Below are positions 56,703-64,000 of a stretch of 64,000 nt of DNA, in pieces. Source of the DNA: Opitutia bacterium. GTDB taxonomy: Bacteria; Verrucomicrobiota; Verrucomicrobiia; Opitutales; Seribacteraceae. The stretch lies in the NCBI GenBank assembly GCA_002686835.1, contig NYYP01000011.1:15751-79750 (forward strand). The letters run 5' to 3'. A model generated the notes under the pieces. That model ran no database searches and was not told where the DNA came from. It saw nothing but the letters and a program-made list of their open reading frames with translations. Position numbers and translations under genes: made by a program. Position 1 is the stretch's first letter, and the number at the start of each line of letters is the position of its first letter.

Positions 56703-58844
56703 TTATTGATTTGCTGGATTGGTGGATAAACCAATTACCTGGATGGCATCTGCCACTACATATCCCTCAGTATTCTCATTACTCAAACTAACATAGTATT
56801 GCTCGCCTTTACTGAAATAAAAAGATCCAAGAGAGAACCATAAGTCACCAATGGGTGCAGGTTTTCGCTGATCAACCAGGACCTTTGTCACTCCCCCTTC
56901 ATGCTTAATGTTGTATTTTAAATTACCTGCACGGTTACCAAAAGATGAAAATGAGACTTTTATCTCATGCAGACCATCCATTGGTGCAACAAATGGAAAT
57001 TTGGCAGAGCGTATGCCTTTCCCTCCATTTCCATCATGAAAATATGATTCTCCCACAAAAGGGCGTAGTGAGGAACTCTCCGTCCACTCCCCTTCTAATT
57101 CAACTGTCAAGCCATCCACCACTACCCCCCCTAAGCTTTTCGAAGGCATGCCTTCACCGTTGCTTAGCCGATTTAATTTTTGAATCTCTAAAACCTGGCC
57201 ATCTTTGAGTAATTGATCTCGAAGAATGGGATAAGGAAGGGCCTGTACCGCAATTTCTTTCTCAACAGCAAGAACGGCCGCAGTCGCCGCAGATTGACCG
57301 ATTATCATAAATACCGGTTCCATGCGAAGCGAACTATACGCAACATGGGAGGCAGAAAGACAAACCGGAACAAGTAAATTTGCGCACTCTTGTTCTTGTG
57401 GAATTATCGATCCGTAAGAAATTGTGTACGGCTGTTTAACTTCCACCTCAAAATCACCTTCGTTTGAAACATATAGATTTCCATTTTCATCCTTAGCCAC
57501 ATAGCGTTGAACATTGTGAGAATCCATAGGGTATGATGCCATTGCAATTGATCGTCGTGCTTTCCTTCGGCCGGTTATTTCGTGCTCAGTCATGACTACT
57601 TCACCAAGCATCCTCCTTGCTTCCCTTATGTACAATTGTTCGGGCCAATGTCCATTGTTTGTAAATTCATCCCGTGCTAATCCCCATTGGCTGATTCCCT
57701 CACGAACTTCTTGAGGGACCCGGGGGTCGTTGGACAAAAAGTAGAAATATCCTTTTACATAGTTTTCGTGCTCCTTAATAATTTCTCTTCGTTCCTCATA
57801 AGTTCCTTCTGGGTATCCATAATTCATACCAATATTATCCGTACTGAATGAACCATGATTATTGGTATCGGTTTTAGCGTTAGGTATGGGGTCGAAATTG
57901 CCAAAGATGTGCCTTGTTCCCCGATTGAGAGTTCTGAGCAACAGCTCGTATTGCTCAGGTTCATAGAGGACAGGCTTGGGAAAGGACTCTTTGTTTTCCT
58001 CAACACGAGTAAGGCACAAACGAAAATTATAAGCCTGAATTTTATGATCCCCCTCCCCATCTTTCGAAGCAGTCCAATTACTAACTCTGGCAAGGAGGCT
58101 ACTTTTGTAATCGCTGGGTATAACAAACGGATCAATACGGTTCACAAATTGATTTCTTTTGGCTCTCCCCACTTGGACCCCGTTGAGAGTTTCTCCATAC
58201 CGCTCATTTCCCTCGCGCCCCACTGTGTAACTTACCCCTGCGGCTGCCATCAAATCTCCTTCGTAAGTGCAATCCAAAAATACTTTTCCCTCATATCGAT
58301 TCCCCGAAAGACAGGTAAGGGAAAGAATCCTACCATCTTTCATTTCAACTCCACTTAAACGGTCTAACCACTCACCTTGAAATACCTTAATCTCATTTTC
58401 AACGATCCAAGAGTCGAAAATTTCCCGGGCCACCTTTGGCTCAAAAACCCACATTGTCCTGCGATCCCCATCAACTGCTTGAGTGCCCTGTCCCCAGTTT
58501 CCAAACTCTTCAAAATTTTCCCATTTCCATGCATCTGGACTTTGATAATGCCTCCAAATACGATGATAAAACTCGCGTGCTATTCCACCTATGAGTTCTT
58601 TTTTTCCAGTATTAATCCATCCCAGACCATTACTTGTCATACCACCAACTCGTTGATCAGGAGAGACTACCAACACAGACCTCCCCAGCCTCTTCACTTG
58701 AATCGCTGCAGTTATCGCAGCGGATGTTCCTCCATAAATTACTACATCAGCCTCTTGAACTTTTGCCTGAGAGTAAAGAAGCTGCACGCAAGAAAATGCG
58801 AATGCTGACATAAGCCGGATATTGAAAATATAAATTTTTTTCAT
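56703..58844 (-). CDS. Secreted FAD-dependent oxidoreductase with xanthan-lyase/golvesin-like C-terminal domain
   Basis: VIYGGTSA, DCTYEGDL, YIREARR, RMEP and VVADAI motifs. Confidence 0.85.
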   Translation of the reverse strand: MKKIYIFNIRLMSAFAFSCVQLLYSQAKVQEADVVIYGGTSAAITAAIQVKRLGRSVLVVSPDQRVGGMTSNGLGWINTGKKELIGGIAREFYHRIWRHYQSPDAWKWENFEEFGNWGQGTQAVDGDRRTMWVFEPKVAREIFDSWIVENEIKVFQGEWLDRLSGVEMKDGRILSLTCLSGNRYEGKVFLDCTYEGDLMAAAGVSYTVGREGNERYGETLNGVQVGRAKRNQFVNRIDPFVIPSDYKSSLLARVSNWTASKDGEGDHKIQAYNFRLCLTRVEENKESFPKPVLYEPEQYELLLRTLNRGTRHIFGNFDPIPNAKTDTNNHGSFSTDNIGMNYGYPEGTYEERREIIKEHENYVKGYFYFLSNDPRVPQEVREGISQWGLARDEFTNNGHWPEQLYIREARRMLGEVVMTEHEITGRRKARRSIAMASYPMDSHNVQRYVAKDENGNLYVSNEGDFEVEVKQPYTISYGSIIPQEQECANLLVPVCLSASHVAYSSLRMEPVFMIIGQSAATAAVLAVEKEIAVQALPYPILRDQLLKDGQVLEIQKLNRLSNGEGMPSKSLGGVVVDGLTVELEGEWTESSSLRPFVGESYFHDGNGGKGIRSAKFPFVAPMDGLHEIKVSFSSFGNRAGNLKYNIKHEGGVTKVLVDQRKPAPIGDLWFSLGSFYFSKGEQYYVSLSNENTEGYVVADAIQVIGLSTNPANQ

Positions 58845-59815
58845 TTCCTTTCCAAATCAGGATTTCGTGATTTTGACTGAGGTGAAAGACTTCTAAAAGC
58901 GTCCCTCAAGGAGGGATATTGAAACTGAAAATTTTGCTCCTCTAATATGACCGAAACAACTCGCCGACTTTGCAGGGCAAGTTCAGGGGCTGACCCAAAC
59001 AAAGCGCACCCGAGTCGAACCCCCAAAGAAGGTGCAGGCAGACCAAGTCCGAATGGAGCAACTTCGTCCCTGAGTCCCTTCATGAAATGAAAATTAGTAA
59101 CGGGACTGGGTGAGCAAAGGTTGATTACACCTTCGATTTGATCTTGCAGACACAAAAAACGGACGATAGCGACCCAGTCATTCTCGTGTAACCAGCTCAT
59201 CCATTGATCTCCAGATCCCTGAGTCCCTCCAAGACCCATTCTAGCCAAACGATTAAGCAAAGGGAAAGCACCACTGGATTGACCCAGAACAAAACTTATT
59301 CGCAATGCTACTTGTCGAACGCCCTCTATCTTAAATTTAAAAAATTCATTTTCCCAAGCCACTGTAACCTCCTCTAAAAAACCCTTGTTATGGATTGGGG
59401 AATTCTCATTATGGGCAGGCTCATTACCAATACATTGACCATATAAAGCCATGGAACTGGCATTAAACCAGGCAGAGGGGGGATTACTGCACGAAGACAT
59501 CGCCTCACCCAGCACCCGGGTAGAATTTATTCTAGAATCAAGTATATCAATACGATTAGATGCTGTATGTCTGCAATCGATTGATCTGCCGGTCAGATTG
59601 ATCAAAACTTTGGCATTCTCTAATTCTTCCTTCCATGGCCCTATTGTTTTTGCATTCCAAACAACGATTTTTCCATACGATGGGTGCAAAGAACTACTCC
59701 TGGATAGTAGAACGACATCGTACCCATCTTTTTCAAAAGATTGAGAAAGGAGTTGTCCCAGAAAACCAGTTCCTCCAGCAATAATGACTTTAGATCGTGA
59801 ATCGGATGATGACAC
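58841..59815 (-). CDS. TIGR01777-family NAD-dependent epimerase
   Basis: AGGTGFLG, INLTG and GSGDQWMSWLH motifs. Start could be as far upstream as 59851. Confidence 0.88.
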   Translation of the reverse strand: MSSSDSRSKVIIAGGTGFLGQLLSQSFEKDGYDVVLLSRSSSLHPSYGKIVVWNAKTIGPWKEELENAKVLINLTGRSIDCRHTASNRIDILDSRINSTRVLGEAMSSCSNPPSAWFNASSMALYGQCIGNEPAHNENSPIHNKGFLEEVTVAWENEFFKFKIEGVRQVALRISFVLGQSSGAFPLLNRLARMGLGGTQGSGDQWMSWLHENDWVAIVRFLCLQDQIEGVINLCSPSPVTNFHFMKGLRDEVAPFGLGLPAPSLGVRLGCALFGSAPELALQSRRVVSVILEEQNFQFQYPSLRDAFRSLSPQSKSRNPDLERK

Positions 59816-59888
59816 AATGCATAATCTTTTTAATTTCTGGGCTAAAAGCAACTCACAACCCAGAAAACAAGAACCCTAAATACTCTGG

Positions 59889-60569
59889 TTAATGCAGGAT
59901 AATATTTCGGAAATATACTTTCATTGGTGGACCAGCATGCACCTGAAGTGCAAGTAGTCCATCCGTACGTCTTTCCTGGACATCTTCATCGATCAATTCG
60001 CACATCTTTTGGCCGTTAATGAAATGCTCGAACCGAAAACCATCTGCAACAATTCTGTAAGTGTTCCATTCGCTTTTTTTAACGGCTAGTCCAAGCTTGG
60101 AAGTTTCCCCGATTTTTTCCACTGACTTTACCAGTTTGCCAGATTCATCCCGACTTAGGATCGTACGGTCTCCCCGCAGACAAAGAATACCGCGAAAAGC
60201 TTCTCCATAACAAATTCCAGAGTATTTATCACCTGATTCAAAATCAGCCTGATAACCTCCGATTCTCCAACCGTCATGATCACCCGGTTTTATAAAACTT
60301 CGGTACTGTATACCACTATTCCCTGAGTCTATTTTGCACTCAAGCGTAAGGTCAAAATTACTTAAATTACCACCCTTCCAGATAAGGAAGGTATTCCCCT
60401 TTGTCGGTTTTTCCTTAGTATTAACCCCGACGATTGCACCGTCCTCAACACTCCAATGGATAGGATTGCCATCCCAACCCTCTAAAGTTTTTCCATTAAA
60501 TAACTGCTGTTCCCCCAAGAGCGAGACGGCTAAGCCTAGCAATGCAAAGATAGTAATAAAATGTTTCAT
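59889..60569 (-). CDS. DUF1080 (3-keto-disaccharide hydrolase-like) secreted protein
   Basis: Signal peptide; LFNGKTLEGW, NSGIQYRS and LQVH...FRNI motifs. Confidence 0.88.
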   Translation of the reverse strand: MKHFITIFALLGLAVSLLGEQQLFNGKTLEGWDGNPIHWSVEDGAIVGVNTKEKPTKGNTFLIWKGGNLSNFDLTLECKIDSGNSGIQYRSFIKPGDHDGWRIGGYQADFESGDKYSGICYGEAFRGILCLRGDRTILSRDESGKLVKSVEKIGETSKLGLAVKKSEWNTYRIVADGFRFEHFINGQKMCELIDEDVQERRTDGLLALQVHAGPPMKVYFRNIILH

Positions 60570-60670
60570 AAATAAAACAGTATATCTTTTCACGAATGGA
60601 GATTGGTTCAAGGAAAAGTTGACCGATACAAGGATTTGCTTCGGGATAGCACCAATGGAAAGAGTAAAGA

Positions 60671-61621
60671 ATGATTGAGGTTAGGGATCTCAAAATTCAC
60701 TACGGTGATTTAGTCGCGGTTGACCAAGTATCCTTCTCGGTAAGTCCCGGATCGATCTTTGGACTAATCGGGCCAAATGGAGCAGGCAAGACAAGTGTGC
60801 TCAAAGCGATTGCCTCCCTTCTTGAGCCAACATATGGAGATATTTTGGTAAATGGAAAGTCAGTCCTCCACCAACCTGAAAAAGCACGGTGCCTCCTAGG
60901 GTACATGCCCGACTTTCCTCCTGTTTATGAGGATTTAAAAGTTTGGGAATTCTGTGATTATTTCGCCCATGCATATGGTTTACGGGGAGAAGATAAAAGG
61001 TCCCGTGTTTTAGAATGTTTGCTTACCACCTCCTTAAACGAACATAAACACCAATTTTGCAAAACCTTATCCCGGGGAATGAAGCAAAGAGCTCTGCTTG
61101 CCAAGACTCTGGTTCATGACCCTTCCGTTCTTCTCCTCGATGAACCAGCAGCCAATCTGGATCCCAAATCCCGGATTGAATTACGAAACATTTTGAAAAA
61201 ATTGGCAGACTCCGGAAAAACCATTCTCATATCGTCTCATGTGCTATCGGAAATCGAGGACACCTGTGACAGTATTGGTTTTATGCAGTCTGGCAAAATG
61301 GTAAAGTCAGGTACGTTGGAAGAGGTTTTGAGAAATAATCCAGGAACCTCAGTTGTAAGGATTCATCTGTCTAGTCCGGCGCCCAAACTCCCAGATGTAG
61401 TTTCGCAAATCCCAGCCCTTTCCGGATTAGAGTTAATAAGCGAAGATAGACTTCGTTTCGAAGTGACTCTAAAGGGCAACCAAACCGAGGCGTCCCAAGT
61501 GTTAGCCCAATTAGTAAGTTCAGGAATTCCCGTATCAGAATTCAGCTGCCAAAAGCAAAAGGTTGAAGATTTATTTCTTCAGCTTGAATCCCAACCCCTG
61601 AACAAACAGACCTTCGCATGA
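60671..61621 (+). CDS. ABC transporter ATP-binding protein
   Basis: GPNGAGKT, LSRGMKQR, LLLDEP and SSH motifs. Confidence 0.95.
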   Translation: MIEVRDLKIHYGDLVAVDQVSFSVSPGSIFGLIGPNGAGKTSVLKAIASLLEPTYGDILVNGKSVLHQPEKARCLLGYMPDFPPVYEDLKVWEFCDYFAHAYGLRGEDKRSRVLECLLTTSLNEHKHQFCKTLSRGMKQRALLAKTLVHDPSVLLLDEPAANLDPKSRIELRNILKKLADSGKTILISSHVLSEIEDTCDSIGFMQSGKMVKSGTLEEVLRNNPGTSVVRIHLSSPAPKLPDVVSQIPALSGLELISEDRLRFEVTLKGNQTEASQVLAQLVSSGIPVSEFSCQKQKVEDLFLQLESQPLNKQTFA

Positions 61622-63285
61622 ACCCTCTTATTGTCCGTGGCATCAGGGAAAGACTTCGTTTCAAGAACCTTCTCTCCTCTGGATTATTTTCTCTGATTCT
61701 TTGTTCAACCCTTTATCTGGCTGCTTTTCTGGACGGGATGCAAACCATCCTGCCTGCCGAAGTATCTCCGTCTGGCGAAAAGGAACTCATCTCCATCCCG
61801 ATGAATGGAGCGAGGGAGGCTTTTACTGTGCTACTGATACTACAAGGCTTTTACCTGATGTTTCTGGGGACCGGGAGAGTCGCCTCGGTTACTGCAGAAG
61901 AAAAGGAAACAGGGCTATTGGACTATCAAAGAATGACGCCCATGAGCCCCCCTTCCAAAATTTTGGGATACTTGTTTGGATTACCCGCAAGGGAGTATTT
62001 TATGTTCTTCCTTACCCTTCCCTTCCTTCTTCACTGTGCTGTTGTGGGTGAAATTCCTTTACTGAATTTACTTCATCTGTATGCGGTCTTCTTTTCTTCG
62101 GTTATTCTTTATCACCTCACTGCTCATGTCATAGGCATGGTTGTATCCAAACCACGGGCGGCATCCTGGGTAGCCCGTATTTCGGTCCTTGGTCTGTATA
62201 TTTTTCTACCGGTGCTTGGACAGGCAGGGATTTCTTTTTTGTCCTTCCTCACCATCATCCCCACATACTTCGGGAAGATTCTCCCTCACCTGCTTGCTGA
62301 AGGAACAGAAAAACTGGGAAGATTTGAGGGGCAAGCTGTGGCCTTCTGGCAGGAGGTTCCTTTTTTCACCACAACGGTTTCCCCCATCACTTTTACCTTT
62401 GGTATGCAGGGACTTTTGCTCTTAACCCTTTTTTGTACGGCATACCGCAAATGGAGGCTTGATTCCCTGCCCGCTCTCTCCAAGCCAACCGCAATAGGCT
62501 TATTCCTGATTTTGCAGTTTCTTCTTCTTGGCTCACTTTGGCCATTTTTCAGCCTTGGAGAAGCAAGCGGTCTGCTTGGACAAGCCTTACAACTCGATCC
62601 TGCCAAAACAGTCCTGCCCAACCAGCTAAAGCATGGTACCCACCCCGCTATTGCCATGATCGTCGTGCAATCGACATTCTTTCTTCTTAATCTGGCGGCA
62701 CTTTTGGTTCTGATCAATGTGTGCTGCCCGAACCCGCACCTCAGACTCAGGGGTGTTCAGCGTAAAGAGCGACTGGGCATAAGCCAAATACCCTTTCTTG
62801 CCGACGAAGCACCTGGAGGCACTTTTGTTGTCCTTTTGTCCTGCATTTGCATCTCCGTCTTTGCCTGCCTTCATTATTTGTCAGTTTCATCTGAGCAGGT
62901 AACTGCAGTGTCCCACTCCATCAATGCGGTCTTTCTTCCTGGCATTGTTTTTTTCTTTTCGGCTCTTTCTTTGCGGGCTGCCCGCGAACAATGGTTCAAT
63001 ATCGGATTCTGGGGATATGTGGGGGGTCTCTGGGTTACCCCTATGCTCGCCTGCCTCGTTTTAGCTGTAGATGACTTTCTGGGAAATTCACAACTAATGC
63101 TTCACCTTGCTTCCCTCTCGCCCATCACTTTTTTCCCGCAACTGATTGTTCATCTCTCACCTGATCTTATGTCGGAAGGCTCCCAACTAATAAACCTTTC
63201 ATCCACAATACAAACGGGGATAATCGCCTCGATTCTTCTCGTCATTGTTCTTACTTTCACTCTATTTCGATCGAACCGAACATGA
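61618..63285 (+). CDS. ABC-2-type permease-like membrane protein
   Basis: Many TM segments; EKETGLLDYQRMTP motif; coupled to the ATPase. Confidence 0.75.
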   Translation: MNPLIVRGIRERLRFKNLLSSGLFSLILCSTLYLAAFLDGMQTILPAEVSPSGEKELISIPMNGAREAFTVLLILQGFYLMFLGTGRVASVTAEEKETGLLDYQRMTPMSPPSKILGYLFGLPAREYFMFFLTLPFLLHCAVVGEIPLLNLLHLYAVFFSSVILYHLTAHVIGMVVSKPRAASWVARISVLGLYIFLPVLGQAGISFLSFLTIIPTYFGKILPHLLAEGTEKLGRFEGQAVAFWQEVPFFTTTVSPITFTFGMQGLLLLTLFCTAYRKWRLDSLPALSKPTAIGLFLILQFLLLGSLWPFFSLGEASGLLGQALQLDPAKTVLPNQLKHGTHPAIAMIVVQSTFFLLNLAALLVLINVCCPNPHLRLRGVQRKERLGISQIPFLADEAPGGTFVVLLSCICISVFACLHYLSVSSEQVTAVSHSINAVFLPGIVFFFSALSLRAAREQWFNIGFWGYVGGLWVTPMLACLVLAVDDFLGNSQLMLHLASLSPITFFPQLIVHLSPDLMSEGSQLINLSSTIQTGIIASILLVIVLTFTLFRSNRT

Positions 63286-63578
63286 ACTTTAATTCTATCT
63301 ATTCGTTACGCCTTCTTGGAAACATTGAGGGCATCTCCTATTTACTGCTCCTTGGGATCGCCATGCCCATGAAATATTTTTTTGGTTTTCCTATGGCGGT
63401 CAAAATAGTGGGCATGGCACATGGAGTCCTTTTTATTGCCTACTGTCTTTTGCTTGCTTTGCAGATGAGGGCGAACAAGTGGAACCTGCTCTTTGGACTC
63501 TACTTATTTGTGGCAACGCTTATTCCTTTCGGCACTTTTGTAACGGACCGAAAGCTGGCAAAAATATCAGCGGATTGA
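63282..63578 (+). CDS. DUF3817 membrane protein
   Basis: EGISYLLLL.IAMPMKY, GMAHGVLF and IPFGTF motifs. Confidence 0.85.
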   Translation: MNFNSIYSLRLLGNIEGISYLLLLGIAMPMKYFFGFPMAVKIVGMAHGVLFIAYCLLLALQMRANKWNLLFGLYLFVATLIPFGTFVTDRKLAKISAD

Positions 63579-63633
63579 GAGGATATTCATGTCTCCAGTT
63601 GTCACTTTATTCGTTTAATTATATTTTGATTAG

Positions 63634-64000
63634 ATGATCTTCTCTCTTGGGTCACTTCAGTTAAAATCTAATCTATTTCTCTCCCCATTGGCAGGTTATA
63701 CCAACCTACCCTTTAGGCTGGTAATACGCGAGATTGGTGGAGTGGACTTATGCACCACCGATCTGGTCAATGCCCGCTCCCTCCTCGAGCAAAACTCCAA
63801 GGCACTAAAATTGATCGAAAGCAATGAGCAGGACAGTCCGTTGTCCGTTCAGTTGTTTGGTGGAGTGAAGGAAGAGATGCGGGACGCTGCCATCATTTTG
63901 GTCGAGAAAGGAGTCGATTCAATCGATGTCAACATGGGGTGCCCTGTGCCCAAGGTTACCAAAACCGGAGGCGGAGCAAGCATGATGACTGAGCTACCTA
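63634..64000 (+). CDS. dusB: tRNA-dihydrouridine synthase (3' truncated by window)
   Basis: Manual translation: LSPLAGYTNLPFR...VQLFG...IDVNMGCPVPKV...GGGASMM. Confidence 0.9.
   Translation, partial: MIFSLGSLQLKSNLFLSPLAGYTNLPFRLVIREIGGVDLCTTDLVNARSLLEQNSKALKLIESNEQDSPLSVQLFGGVKEEMRDAAIILVEKGVDSIDVNMGCPVPKVTKTGGGASMMTELP

Noticed and set aside
1-64000. CRISPR arrays, rRNA, IS elements, selenocysteine read-through
   Set aside because: No spaced repeats, rRNA-like sequence, transposase motifs or in-frame TGA at catalytic Cys positions were seen by eye.

Overview
This window looks like a core chromosomal segment of a Verrucomicrobiota-like (probably Opitutales-type) bacterium from a sunlit aquatic habitat. 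That is inferred from a PVC-type ECF sigma with a FecR-LamG anti-sigma, a long-form IspG, a sulfatase, DUF1080 and a cryptochrome DASH. It holds about 55 CDS and two tRNAs (Pro-TGG, Gly-TCC). I found no integrase, transposase, CRISPR array or prophage. Main blocks: korAB, a SAM-independent spermidine operon (speA-CANSDH-nspC-speB) extended by a cupin and a 2OG-Fe(II) oxygenase, metH, thrS-yidD-menF-menD-fpg, nrnA-truB-ribF, uppS-cdsA-dxr-rseP-ispG, tsaD-cysI-rlmB, gdhA, an ABC exporter and a partial dusB. Reading the sequence also revealed items missing from the ORF track: a 57-aa membrane protein and a frameshifted double-CDGSH protein behind korAB, a CTG-start signal peptide overlapping a terminator-like hairpin, an in-frame TAA splitting an LplT/Aas-like gene, a SahR-like operator before metH, and a thioredoxin domain with SxxS in place of CxxC. 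The best candidate for an undescribed system is a tandem pair of basic paralogs, each with two KOW/SH3-like repeats, separated by a 22-bp palindrome. All family calls come from motif recognition; no database searches were run.
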